Below, piece after piece: positions 18,037 through 27,732 of a DNA stretch of 64,000 bases (position 1 is the stretch's first letter; each line of letters begins with the position of its first letter). The position numbers and the translations under genes were made by a program. This DNA is from an uncultured Actinomycetota bacterium (lineage in GTDB: Bacteria; Actinomycetota; Humimicrobiia; Humimicrobiales; Humimicrobiaceae): positions 5,430 to 69,429 of the forward strand of contig CAZFEN010000005.1 in the NCBI GenBank assembly GCA_964517765.1, given 5' to 3'. The notes under the pieces are model-generated. The model saw nothing but the letters and a program-made list of their open reading frames with translations. It made no database searches and was not told where the DNA came from.

Positions 18037-19341
18037 TCAGTGATCGAGCTTATACATTATGAGACCACTTGAAGGTTTTGGATAAAAGTAAGTAGATTTT
18101 TCAGGTAATATATATCCTGACATGCAAATCTTTTCCAGTTCTTTTGCTGTAATCACATTTATAAGAACTCCTACATCAAAACTTTTACTATCAATATTCT
18201 CTATTAAATTATCTATGGAATGGGTATAATTGATTTTTTCGATTTGAAAAGAACCGCTGATTTTATCAATTAAGAATTCCCTGAGTATATTTACATCCGT
18301 GTTTAAATAAATTTCATTGGCTGATCCCGGATGAATGGTGCTGGCTTCAAAGGACTTTTTCAGTCTAATAAAATATAACTTTTTATTTTCACCATAAACA
18401 AAAAAGCTCTTAAAACCCCTGGATTTAGATTTTAAAAGTTTTTTCGTGAGATAGGAAGTAGATTTCAGAGTATCTGTCTCAATATCGAAAGTACCGGTAA
18501 GGCTCTCCATTATTTTTTCAATTCCCGGGTAACTTTTAAATTTAATATTTCTATGAGTAGGGAATATGATAAGATCGCTCTGGCTGCTTTCAACATATAA
18601 TGTCAATATAAAATCTTCGGGACCGGTTACAGATGGATTTCGCTCTCTTTTATTATCTGTTTTATTATATTTTTCTTTGTAAGCCAGAGATGTTTCATAA
18701 CGGTGGTGTCCATCCGCTATTATTAGTTTCCTGTCTCTCATGATCATTATAATGTTATTTATTTTATCTCTATCGGTAATTTTCCATACCTTGAATCTTA
18801 GAGTGGAATCATATCCTGCAGGTGTATCTATAATTGGATTTTTCTGTAAAGTCTCTTCCAGAATATCCGATATTTTACTTCTGTTGTCATTATAAAGCGT
18901 ATATACCGGCCCAAAGTTTGTTCTGCAGCCTGCCAGCAGCCTTAGCCTGTCCTCTTTGATTTTAGAGTAGGTCTGTTCATGAGGTATGACCTGAAGCCGG
19001 GAGTAGGGCTCTAATTTCGTTAAGCCAATAAAACCAGTAATTTTCTTAAGTTTGTTATTTAAATAGTAACTTTCTTCGATTACATAAAAACATCTATCAT
19101 TATCGAATTTCAGGATTTTTTTATTCATCCACTCATTTAATGTTTTTTTTGCTCCGGTGTATTTATCATCGTCGTTTCCTTTTGGAAGTATTAGATTAAC
19201 AATGTTATTGGGATGGGTACCCAGAAGTTTTTCCCTGAGAGATTCAGAAATCACATCATAGGGGGGTGAGATTACTCCGGAGATTTTTCCGATTTTATCT
19301 TTATTATAAATAAGTCCGTTGAAAGGTAAGATATCTACCAT
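18037..19341 (-). CDS. DUF1015 family protein
   Basis: N-terminus MVDILPFNGLIYN...VISPPYDVIS matches the conserved DUF1015 signature; 434 aa. Confidence 0.75.
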   Translation of the reverse strand: MVDILPFNGLIYNKDKIGKISGVISPPYDVISESLREKLLGTHPNNIVNLILPKGNDDDKYTGAKKTLNEWMNKKILKFDNDRCFYVIEESYYLNNKLKKITGFIGLTKLEPYSRLQVIPHEQTYSKIKEDRLRLLAGCRTNFGPVYTLYNDNRSKISDILEETLQKNPIIDTPAGYDSTLRFKVWKITDRDKINNIIMIMRDRKLIIADGHHRYETSLAYKEKYNKTDNKRERNPSVTGPEDFILTLYVESSQSDLIIFPTHRNIKFKSYPGIEKIMESLTGTFDIETDTLKSTSYLTKKLLKSKSRGFKSFFVYGENKKLYFIRLKKSFEASTIHPGSANEIYLNTDVNILREFLIDKISGSFQIEKINYTHSIDNLIENIDSKSFDVGVLINVITAKELEKICMSGYILPEKSTYFYPKPSSGLIMYKLDH

Positions 19342-19459
19342 TTATAAAAGTTCCTTTATGGTATCTGTTTTAAACACTGTTTAAATTAATATAAAATTGA
19401 TTTGAGATTATAGCAATATCAATTTTAATTATCAAATAAAATATTTCATCTGTGACAAA

Positions 19460-19490
19460 TTGACATTGAATTCAGTTGAGGTAATATAAT
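19460..19490 (+). promoter_or_regulatory. Promoter-like TTGACA (19460-19465) with TATAAT at 19485-19490 (19-nt spacer), upstream of hypB
   Basis: Seen in sequence; spacing is slightly long. Confidence 0.35.
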
Positions 19491-19546
19491 GTAGATTTTT
19501 GTTTAATTTTTTAGGAATTTAATTATAGAAAACCTGGCATCTAAAT

Positions 19547-20206
19547 ATGAAAATCGAAGTTATCGAAAATGTATTGAAATATAATAAGGACCAGGCTGAC
19601 AAAAACAGGAAGTTATTTAAAGATAGTATGCTGCTTGTTTTGAACCTGCTTTCATCTCCCGGATCCGGGAAGACCTCGCTTATACTCGAGACCTTAAAAA
19701 GACTCAAAGGAAAGAAAAATATAGGAGTAATAGAGGGGGATATATCTTCTACTTATGATGCTGAAAAGATCGGAAAACTTACGGATAACGTTATACAAAT
19801 AAATACCGGGGGTTCCTGTCATTTAAATGCTTCTATGATAGAGAAGGCCGTAAGTAAATTGAAAATTAAAAGCCTTGATTTACTGATCATAGAAAATGTA
19901 GGTAATTTAATCTGCCCATCGGGATTCGATCTGGGGGAGGATTATAAGATTGTGATGTCATCTGTAAGCGAAGGAGATGATAAACCGGTAAAATATCCAC
20001 CGGTATTTATCAAGAGTAATCTGGTTATATTGAACAAGATAGATTTGCTTGAAGTAAGTGATTTTGATCAAAACTTTTTCGAAAATAAAGTAAAAGAACT
20101 GAATCCTATGTCCGATATAATAAAATTATCATGCAAGACTGGTTACGGTATGGAAAAATGGATAGAATGGGTGCTTGACCACTGTAAGATATGTAATAAT
20201 TTATAA
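19547..20206 (+). CDS. hypB: Hydrogenase nickel-incorporation GTPase HypB
   Basis: P-loop SSPGSGKTSL, HypB-specific GGSCHLNA (GGxCHLDA) and NKIDL; 219 aa. Confidence 0.85.
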   Translation: MKIEVIENVLKYNKDQADKNRKLFKDSMLLVLNLLSSPGSGKTSLILETLKRLKGKKNIGVIEGDISSTYDAEKIGKLTDNVIQINTGGSCHLNASMIEKAVSKLKIKSLDLLIIENVGNLICPSGFDLGEDYKIVMSSVSEGDDKPVKYPPVFIKSNLVILNKIDLLEVSDFDQNFFENKVKELNPMSDIIKLSCKTGYGMEKWIEWVLDHCKICNNL

Positions 20207-20379
20207 GAATATCAAATATTTGGAATTGTTAAATGCCATATCATAAATGACAGATTTATAAGAAACCTCTTCGGGTTTTATTGACATTGGTAGATGTAAA
20301 TGGTATTTTATTTCGTGTTACAAACCTTTTACAAATATACTACGTAAATAGCTTCACAACAATAAAGGAAGGAGAATTT

Positions 20380-21411
20380 ATGCTATATAAAGTCATGGAT
20401 AAAAGCGTATATCAGGATTTTATAAAAGCTCTTATTTCCAATTATGAATTTGTAGGTCCCGTAAGAAAAGATAAGTCGGTACATGATTTTGTTCCGATCA
20501 AAGATATTTCGGAACTGGATACTAATTATACGAAGACAACCATTCCTCCGGCAAAAAAATTATTATTTTTTCCGGCAGAGAAGCTGGTTAATTATGAAAT
20601 CGGAAAAACAATTGATATAAAACCTGTAGTGGAGAGCAGAGAAAAGATCCTCTTTGGAATAAATGCCTGGGATATAAATGGAATGAATTTTTTAGATGAG
20701 TTGTTTACTACGGATTTTATCGATGAGAACTATATTTCAAAAAGAAAAAACCTTATAGTGATCGGAATGGATAGTCAACCGACTGAAACAAATTTTTCTC
20801 CCAGTATGGGTGCGGATTATGCAAAGAGCGGTTTTGATATATATCTTACTGAGCTTAATGATAAATATTTTTTAAGGATCGATACCGCGAGAGGAAATGA
20901 GATTATACAGAAATATGCTAAAGTCAGCGATGCCACGGCCGATGATTTTAAAGAGTATAATAAGTATCTGGACGATTATCGTATGAAATTTAAACTTAAT
21001 GTTGATATTAAAAATTTTTACGACAATTTCGAATTGATTTACAATGATGAGGAATTCTGGAAGAAAGTTGCAAAAGACTGCTACAGCTGCGGATCATGCA
21101 ACCTTGTCTGTCCCACCTGTTTTTGCTTCAATGTAAAAGATGATATGGAACTTAATTTGAAAGAGGGAAATAAAATCAGAGAGTGGGATTCATGCATGAT
21201 ACCGGAATATGGACTGGTGGCAGGCGGCCATAATTTCAGGCCCAATAAAGAAAACAGGCTAAAGCAGAGATACAGATGCAAACTTAAAACTTTTGTCGAT
21301 AAGTTTGGTAAATATTCATGTGTCGGCTGTGGAAGGTGCATAGAAACATGTCTGGCCAAAATTAATATTGCAGAAGATATAAATTCGGTAAAGAGAGAGG
21401 TGAGCGTATAA
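20380..21411 (+). CDS. hydB: [NiFe] hydrogenase group 3b beta subunit (4Fe-4S protein, sulfhydrogenase HydB-like)
   Basis: Cys clusters CYSCGSCNLVCPTCFC and CVGCGRCIETC. The Met at 20380 follows the SD AAGGAAGGAG. Gene order beta-gamma-delta-alpha matches Pyrococcus furiosus hydBGDA. Confidence 0.75.
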   Translation: MLYKVMDKSVYQDFIKALISNYEFVGPVRKDKSVHDFVPIKDISELDTNYTKTTIPPAKKLLFFPAEKLVNYEIGKTIDIKPVVESREKILFGINAWDINGMNFLDELFTTDFIDENYISKRKNLIVIGMDSQPTETNFSPSMGADYAKSGFDIYLTELNDKYFLRIDTARGNEIIQKYAKVSDATADDFKEYNKYLDDYRMKFKLNVDIKNFYDNFELIYNDEEFWKKVAKDCYSCGSCNLVCPTCFCFNVKDDMELNLKEGNKIREWDSCMIPEYGLVAGGHNFRPNKENRLKQRYRCKLKTFVDKFGKYSCVGCGRCIETCLAKINIAEDINSVKREVSV

Positions 21412-22269
21412 ATGGTTTTGAAAGCAAAAGAAGAAAATAAAAATTCCATATATGTTCCCGATATTGCCCGAATAAGCCGTATAGAAAAAGTAAGTCCCAC
21501 CGAAAAATTATTTAATATTGCTTTTGAGGATGAAGAAAAACAAAATAATTTTAAATTCCTACCCGGTCAATTTATAGAGCTCACCATATTCGGATTAGGG
21601 GAGGCGCCTTTCTGTCTAGCATCAAACCCAAATAACAGAGAATTTTTTGAGCTCTGTGTAAGAAATGCCGGTAATGTCTCCGGTGCCCTTCACAGAATGG
21701 AAGAAGGTTCTAAGATCGGTATCAGAGGTCCTTTCGGAAGAGGATATTTCCCATTTGAAAAGATGAGAAATCATAATGTCCTTTTGATTGCCGGAGGTCT
21801 GGGATTGGTACCGTTAATGTCGCTAATAAAATATATAATGCAATACAGGGAATATTATAAAGAAATAATGATAATATACGGTGCAGTTAATCCTGATAGT
21901 ATTTTATTTAAAAATGATATTGGGTACTGGAGTAACCGCAGTGATATCTCAATCTGTATTTCTGTGGATAATCCTGATGATAAATGGACCGGAGAAATCG
22001 GAGTATGTACCAAGCTCATACCAAGAGTGAATTTTCCACCCGAAGACACTTATGTCGTGGTTTGCGGGCCTCCTGTCATGTATAAGTACGTGATTATGGA
22101 ATTGGAAAAGAAAAACTTTAAACCCGAAAATATTTACCTTTCGCTGGAGAGGAGAATGGAATGCGGAGTTGGAAAATGCAACCACTGTCATATTGGCAAT
22201 AAACTGGTATGCGTTGATGGTCCTGTATTCAGTCTATGGGAAATAATGAATTTGAAGGAGGCAATATAA
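21412..22269 (+). CDS. hydG: [NiFe] hydrogenase group 3b gamma subunit (FAD/NAD(P)-binding, 2Fe-2S; PyrK-like)
   Basis: Ferredoxin-NADP-reductase-like fold; C-terminal CGVGKCNHCHIGNKLVC 2Fe-2S motif. Start overlaps the hydB stop (TAAATG). Confidence 0.75.
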   Translation: MVLKAKEENKNSIYVPDIARISRIEKVSPTEKLFNIAFEDEEKQNNFKFLPGQFIELTIFGLGEAPFCLASNPNNREFFELCVRNAGNVSGALHRMEEGSKIGIRGPFGRGYFPFEKMRNHNVLLIAGGLGLVPLMSLIKYIMQYREYYKEIMIIYGAVNPDSILFKNDIGYWSNRSDISICISVDNPDDKWTGEIGVCTKLIPRVNFPPEDTYVVVCGPPVMYKYVIMELEKKNFKPENIYLSLERRMECGVGKCNHCHIGNKLVCVDGPVFSLWEIMNLKEAI

Positions 22270-23048
22270 TGAGTAAGCCAAAAGTAGGAGTATTCGGATT
22301 TACCGGATGCGGCGGATGCCAACTGGAAATATTAAATCTTGAAGACCAATTACTGGATCTTGTAAATGCAGTTGAAATTGTCCATTTTACGGAAGCCATT
22401 ACCGAGCACAGCGATAATTATGAAATCGCCCTTGTGGAAGGTTCCATATCCACCGAGCATGGTGTTGAAAGAATAAAAAAAATAGGCGATATTGCAAAGA
22501 TAATAGTGGCAGTTGGAGCATGCGCGGTATCGGGCGGATTGAATTGTCTAAAAAATTTATATGGTCTTGAAAGAGCCAAAGAGTTGGTATATGGGGATAA
22601 GAAGGATTGGATAGATTCCATTGAGGTAAAACCCATTGACCAGTATGTGAAAGTCGACTATTATGCGAGGGGCTGTCCTCCTAACAGGTTCGAGATAGTG
22701 AATATAATAAAATCCCTTATTGTGGGTAAAAAACCTGAGATACCTGACTATCCGGTCTGCGTCGAATGCAAAAGAAATGGTAATACATGCGTATATGAAC
22801 TGGGAATAACCTGTATGGGTCCCATCACAAGAGCGGGCTGTAATTCCAGATGTCCCAATAGTGTTTCAGGTTGCGAAGCCTGCAGGGGAATAATAGATGA
22901 TCCGAATGTAAATGCCCAGAAAGATCTGCTCGCAAAATATGGACTCACGGTTGAGGATATAATGGAGGGATTCAACCTTTATAATGCCTGCAAAGGAAAA
23001 ACTATAGAGAAAGATAAAAATAATAATATTTCCGGAGGTTTATCATAA
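22269..23048 (+). CDS. hydD: [NiFe] hydrogenase small (delta) subunit
   Basis: N-terminal GCGGCQLE proximal-cluster motif with further Cys ligands. The Met at 22269 is preferred over the ORF-track start because of the SD AAGGAGG. Confidence 0.85.
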   Translation: MSKPKVGVFGFTGCGGCQLEILNLEDQLLDLVNAVEIVHFTEAITEHSDNYEIALVEGSISTEHGVERIKKIGDIAKIIVAVGACAVSGGLNCLKNLYGLERAKELVYGDKKDWIDSIEVKPIDQYVKVDYYARGCPPNRFEIVNIIKSLIVGKKPEIPDYPVCVECKRNGNTCVYELGITCMGPITRAGCNSRCPNSVSGCEACRGIIDDPNVNAQKDLLAKYGLTVEDIMEGFNLYNACKGKTIEKDKNNNISGGLS

Positions 23049-24349
23049 TGGCCAAGAATTTAAATGTGAAGATCTCACCGGTATCAAGAGTAGAGGGTCA
23101 CGGTGATTTGATAATAAATATAAAAGATAAAAAGGTGGAGCAGTTGACATTTAGAATACCGGAATCGCCCAGATTTTTTGAAGCAATGATGGTCGGGCGG
23201 AAGTATGACGAACCATCTCATATTGCTTCAAGGATTTGCGGGATTTGTTCGGTTGCTCATACCTGTGCATCGATTAAAGCTACCGAGAAAGCATTGGGTA
23301 TAATCCCATCCCCGCAAACCATAAGCTTGAGAAAACTTGTATATCACCATGAAAATGTCCAGAGCAATGTGCTGCATGTTTATTTTCTGGCTGCCCCTGA
23401 TTTTTTTGGTGTCGGCAGTGTGATCCCGCTGGTAGAAACACATCCCGAAGTAGTAAATATTGCTCTGAGAACAAAAAAGATGGCAAATGACATGATCAGA
23501 ATAATTGGAGGCAGAGCTGTCCATCCGATAAGGATAGTAGTCGGTGGGTTTACCAAGCTGCCCACGGAAGAAGAAATGGTGCAGATGAAAGAGATGCTCC
23601 AGGGAAGTTATCCGGATTTTGAAGAAACTCTTGGTGTGCTAAAGACTCTGAATATTCCTGATTTCGAAAGAGAAACAGAATATATTTCTATAAACGATCC
23701 GGTTGATTATGCACTTTATAACGGCAATATAAAATCATCAGATGGCTGGGAGATCGATGACCAGAACTATCTGGATAAAATAAATGAAAAAATAGTCCAG
23801 CACTCGACTTCAAAACATTGCTGGGCAAGCAGGGATGCATTCATGGTCGGTGCTCTTGCCAGATTTAACAACAATCACGATAAGCTTACGGATAATGCCA
23901 AAAGATATGCCGAAGAACTTGGGCTTAAAGCGCCCTGTTATAATCCATTTATGAACAATATCGCACAATTTGTCGAGATTATTCATAGTGTCGACGACAG
24001 TATAAGGTTAATAGATGAAATCCTGGAAGAGGGTATCGATAAAGATAAAGCTATGGTAGATATCATTCCAAGAGCAGGCCGTGGTGTGGGAGTAGTAGAA
24101 GCTCCGAGGGGTTTGCTTATTCATGATTATACTTATAACGACAGGGGCAGAGTGGAAAAAGCTAATATGATAATCCCTACGGGAATGAATTATGCAAATA
24201 TAGAGAAAGATATGGATGCAATGGTTCCGACTGTAATCGATAAAAGCGAGGATGAAATCAGACTGGCCTGCGAGATGCTGATAAGAGCTTATGACCCATG
24301 TATATCCTGTTCGACACATTTTCTGAATGTCAAATTAATAAATAAATAG
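23048..24349 (+). CDS. hydA: [NiFe] hydrogenase large (alpha) subunit
   Basis: N-terminal RVEGHG and RICGICSVAH (L1); C-terminal DPCISCSTH (L2, Ni-Fe ligands). Confidence 0.9.
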   Translation: MAKNLNVKISPVSRVEGHGDLIINIKDKKVEQLTFRIPESPRFFEAMMVGRKYDEPSHIASRICGICSVAHTCASIKATEKALGIIPSPQTISLRKLVYHHENVQSNVLHVYFLAAPDFFGVGSVIPLVETHPEVVNIALRTKKMANDMIRIIGGRAVHPIRIVVGGFTKLPTEEEMVQMKEMLQGSYPDFEETLGVLKTLNIPDFERETEYISINDPVDYALYNGNIKSSDGWEIDDQNYLDKINEKIVQHSTSKHCWASRDAFMVGALARFNNNHDKLTDNAKRYAEELGLKAPCYNPFMNNIAQFVEIIHSVDDSIRLIDEILEEGIDKDKAMVDIIPRAGRGVGVVEAPRGLLIHDYTYNDRGRVEKANMIIPTGMNYANIEKDMDAMVPTVIDKSEDEIRLACEMLIRAYDPCISCSTHFLNVKLINK

Positions 24350-24378
24350 AATCTATTGCTTTTAAATTACTGATTATC

Positions 24379-24882
24379 ATGATTTCTTCCGGTAAAAAAA
24401 TCTCAAAAGAAAAGGGTTATGGTTGGACAAATATTAGAATCGTTGGTTTTGGAAATAAGTTCAGATCTGATGATGGAATAGGTATCAGAGTGATAAAAGA
24501 ACTGGAAAAATTGGAATTTTTTAAGGATATAGAGATTATTGACGGGGGAACATCAGGGATCGATCTTGTTTTTTGGGCAAAAAACTGCGAAAAAATAATA
24601 ATAATAGATGCCGTAGATACCGGAGAGAAAATCGGAGACGTTGTAAATATAAAGGTTGACGATATCGAAGAATTTGTAAGGAAGGATTATAGGAGCCTTT
24701 CTCTCCATGATCTTAATCTTGCGGATGTTTTAAAACTTATAAAAGCATTAAAAATAAATACCAGTATATCAATAATAGGCATTAAACCAAAGAGTATAGA
24801 TTTTGGCGATAAGCTGTCACCTGAGGTAGAAAGAAAAATTCCTGCGATAATATCGGAAATTAAAAAAGAGACTCATAAATAA
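24379..24882 (+). CDS. Hydrogenase maturation endopeptidase (HycI/HyaD family)
   Basis: RIVGFGNKFRSDDGIGIRV...IIDGGT matches the GxGN...DDGxG...DGG protease signature. Start codon uncertain (no good SD at 24379). Confidence 0.7.
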   Translation: MISSGKKISKEKGYGWTNIRIVGFGNKFRSDDGIGIRVIKELEKLEFFKDIEIIDGGTSGIDLVFWAKNCEKIIIIDAVDTGEKIGDVVNIKVDDIEEFVRKDYRSLSLHDLNLADVLKLIKALKINTSISIIGIKPKSIDFGDKLSPEVERKIPAIISEIKKETHK

Positions 24883-24931
24883 TCCGATATTAAATTTTAA
24901 AAAATCCTTTTTAAAAATCATCATATTTATA

Positions 24932-24960
24932 TTGTAACAATTGACGCATACAATTATAAT
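24932..24960 (+). promoter_or_regulatory. Promoter-like TTGTAA-17-TATAAT upstream of small ORF 25000
   Basis: Seen in sequence; the downstream SD AAGGAGG is 7 nt before the ATG. Confidence 0.4.
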
Positions 24961-24999
24961 AAGAATAAAAAATCAAGTAGTTTTTTAAGGAGGATCATT

Positions 25000-25263
25000 A
25001 TGTTTAAAGAAATAGAAGATTTGAGAGGGACCTGTGAAAATATAATCAAAAAATCCGAAAGTATAAGAAATCTGGCAAAAGACATGGTAAATCTTATAAA
25101 TGAAATAAAAACCGGAGTAAAGCAGGAAGATGCTGTAGAAATGACACTTGCGGTAAGAAAAGAACTGGCAAATATATTTATCTTAAACTCCAATATTGAA
25201 GATAATTTTAAAATACTTCAGAAAATATTCAAATCTATAAAGAATCTAAATAAAATACAGTAA
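25000..25263 (+). CDS. Small hypothetical protein (87 aa, predicted helical/coiled-coil; single Cys)
   Basis: ORF with strong SD and its own promoter, embedded between hydrogenase maturation genes. Not HypA (no CxxC pairs). Confidence 0.4.
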   Translation: MFKEIEDLRGTCENIIKKSESIRNLAKDMVNLINEIKTGVKQEDAVEMTLAVRKELANIFILNSNIEDNFKILQKIFKSIKNLNKIQ

Positions 25264-25338
25264 GAACTTATCTTTTATTTTTATTGAATTACTATTTTTT
25301 ATGGAAGCGTTAATATAACCAGCAATATTATTTGAAAT

Positions 25339-26424
25339 CTAGCATATCCTTGGAAGCTGTTCGCAATATTGAAGGTCAAGTGTTCTTATGGTGCCAAGTC
25401 TTGTGATTAAAAAGATATTGCCTTTATCATTTTTTTTACCGATCATACTCTTTTCATATTTTTCAGTTACTTCTCCTATGATCCGGCTGTCTTTTCCATA
25501 TTTATTCTTTTTCATAGCATCAAGCACTCTATCGGCATCATTTTTATCTGAAAAAACAATCATCTTTCCTTCATTGGCGATATAGAGGGGATCCAATCCG
25601 AGAAACTGACAGATTCCCCATACTTCTTTTTTGATTGGAATTTCATTCTCGTATATTTTGATACTATACCCGGATGCTCCGGACATTTCGAATAGTATCG
25701 ATGCCAGTCCTCCTCTGGTAACATCTCTCAGTGCATGGATTTTTTTGGATACTAAAAGTATATCTCTGACAAGTGAGGAAAGGGGGGCGCAGTCGCTTTT
25801 AATGCTGCTTTTGAAGTTGAATTCTTTTCTGCTGCTGAGAATAGCTATCCCATGTTCGGCAATTCCTCCGTTAATCAAAATTTTATCTCCTGCTTCGATT
25901 CTGCGGGGGAAAAGGTCAATACTATTATTGATGATTCCTATACCTGATGTATTTATGAAGATTTTATCTGCACTTCCTTTTCCCACTACCTTGGTATCAC
26001 CGGTAACTATTCTTAAATCATTATCATTTACTGTATTTTTTATTGAAGAAAGTATCTTTTTAAAATCCGAAACCGGAAAACCTTCTTCGAGGATGAAAGA
26101 GAGACTCAGAGCAATGGGAATACATCCGGTGGTCACAAGATCATTTATGGTACCGCATATGCTTAATTTACCAATATCACCACCCGGAAAGAATATAGGA
26201 TCCACCACAAAGCTATCGGTAGTATAGGCGATCTTTTTACCACTGAAGTTAATGACCGCACTATCTTCAAGCTTATTTAAGATTTCATTTCCGAAATATC
26301 CGAGAAGAAGGTTGCTTATGAGTTCCCCGGTTTTGATTCCACCATCACCATGTGAAAGCTGGATTATTTTATCATCGAATCTTTTATCTATCTTTTTATT
26401 CTGGCTGTTTTTTTCTGCTCTCAT
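25339..26424 (-). CDS. hypE: Hydrogenase maturation protein HypE
   Basis: AIR-synthase-related fold; N-terminal SHGDGG; 361 aa. Confidence 0.9.
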   Translation of the reverse strand: MRAEKNSQNKKIDKRFDDKIIQLSHGDGGIKTGELISNLLLGYFGNEILNKLEDSAVINFSGKKIAYTTDSFVVDPIFFPGGDIGKLSICGTINDLVTTGCIPIALSLSFILEEGFPVSDFKKILSSIKNTVNDNDLRIVTGDTKVVGKGSADKIFINTSGIGIINNSIDLFPRRIEAGDKILINGGIAEHGIAILSSRKEFNFKSSIKSDCAPLSSLVRDILLVSKKIHALRDVTRGGLASILFEMSGASGYSIKIYENEIPIKKEVWGICQFLGLDPLYIANEGKMIVFSDKNDADRVLDAMKKNKYGKDSRIIGEVTEKYEKSMIGKKNDKGNIFLITRLGTIRTLDLQYCEQLPRIC

Positions 26425-26438
26425 ATGAATTTTAAATG

Positions 26439-27521
26439 TCAGACTTTGATATTTTTATATTTTCTTTCATATTTATAATAGGCTGCACACGACCCCTCGC
26501 TTGATACCATACATGGCCCTACGGGGCTTTCAGGTCTACAGGTTTTTGAGAATAACCTGCATTCAAAAGGTTTCTTTATCCCCTTAAGGACATTTCCGCA
26601 CTCGCAGCCTGCTGGTTCTGCGGATTTGATTTTTTTTACAGGGAACTGGGTTCTGGCATCGAATCTCAAAAATTTCTCCTTTAATTTTAAACCGCTTCCT
26701 GAAATATTCCCCAGTCCTCTCCATATCGAATCGGATTTATCGAATATTTCATAAATAAATTTTACTGCTGCAGGATTTCCTTTTTTTTTAACGACTCTTT
26801 TGTATTGAATTTCGATTTCGGAAGTTTCTTTTTTTATCTGTTTCAGTATCATTACTATGGACTGAAGTATATCTTCCGGTTCAAAACCGCTTATTACACA
26901 GGGTATTCCATATTTACTGGCTAAAAATCCGTAGGGTTCACTCCCAATAATAGCGGAGACATGTCCCGGGCACAGAAAAGCATTTATTTTTATTTCTTTG
27001 TCGTTAGCCAATAGTTCAAGTGCTTCGGGTATAAGTTTATGAGTATTGAAAATATAAAAATTGCTGATTTTTTCAAGATATGCTCTTTTTACGATTATCG
27101 ACGTAAGCGGAATGGTGGTCTCGAATCCGATTGCCAAAAATATCACTTTTCTGTCAGGATTTTTTCTGGCAAAATCAAGGGCATCTGCCGGTGAATAACA
27201 TATATTTATATCTCTGCCTTCTGCTCTATTTAAATAAAGGCTGGACTCTGTTCCCGGCACTCTCAGCATATCTCCAAAAGTAAACAGGGAGATTTCATAC
27301 TGTTTCGTGATTTCCAGTATCCAGTCTATATCCACGGCAGGGGTGACACAGACAGGGCATCCGGGTCCGCTTATAAGATTTATGGTTTCAGGGATAAGCT
27401 GCCTTAATCCATATCTTGATATGGTCATGGTGTGGGTCCCGCAGACTTCCATTATATTTATCCTGTGAACGGGTTTATTACTCGTTAAGGATAAAGTAAG
27501 TTCCTTAATGCTGCTGTTCAT
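26439..27521 (-). CDS. hypD: Hydrogenase maturation protein HypD
   Basis: IMEVCGTHT and GPGCPVCV motifs. ATG 27521 (MNSSIKEL...) follows the SD GGAAGGA. The longer ORF to 27560 would overlap hypC by 55 nt. Confidence 0.8.
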   Translation of the reverse strand: MNSSIKELTLSLTSNKPVHRINIMEVCGTHTMTISRYGLRQLIPETINLISGPGCPVCVTPAVDIDWILEITKQYEISLFTFGDMLRVPGTESSLYLNRAEGRDINICYSPADALDFARKNPDRKVIFLAIGFETTIPLTSIIVKRAYLEKISNFYIFNTHKLIPEALELLANDKEIKINAFLCPGHVSAIIGSEPYGFLASKYGIPCVISGFEPEDILQSIVMILKQIKKETSEIEIQYKRVVKKKGNPAAVKFIYEIFDKSDSIWRGLGNISGSGLKLKEKFLRFDARTQFPVKKIKSAEPAGCECGNVLKGIKKPFECRLFSKTCRPESPVGPCMVSSEGSCAAYYKYERKYKNIKV

Positions 27522-27729
27522 CCAGGTATTCCTTCCAATAATTTTGTATGGATACTGCATCTTCTTTCTCTATGATCTGTATTGCAAATCCGGCATGGAC
27601 TATGACAAAATCTCCGATTCTGACCGCAGGAACCAGAGCGATATCGATTTCTTTTTTTACCCCAAGGGTTTCTACTACGGCTGTTTTTTTATTTATTTTA
27701 ATTATCTTTGCTGGTATTGCCAGGCACAT
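27505..27729 (-). CDS. hypC: Hydrogenase maturation chaperone HypC
   Basis: Canonical MCLAIP N-terminus; 74 aa. Confidence 0.85.
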   Translation of the reverse strand: MCLAIPAKIIKINKKTAVVETLGVKKEIDIALVPAVRIGDFVIVHAGFAIQIIEKEDAVSIQNYWKEYLDEQQH

Positions 27730-27732
27730 GAC

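Noticed and set aside
20281-20379. N-terminal 33-codon extension of hydB from TTG 20281
   Set aside because: The Met at 20380 is directly preceded by the SD AAGGAAGGAG, and the extension has no similarity to hydrogenase beta subunits.
27522-27560. Longer hypD ORF starting at 27560
   Set aside because: It would overlap hypC by 55 nt. The internal ATG at 27521 has a good SD (GGAAGGA) and still leaves the conserved HypD N-terminal region.
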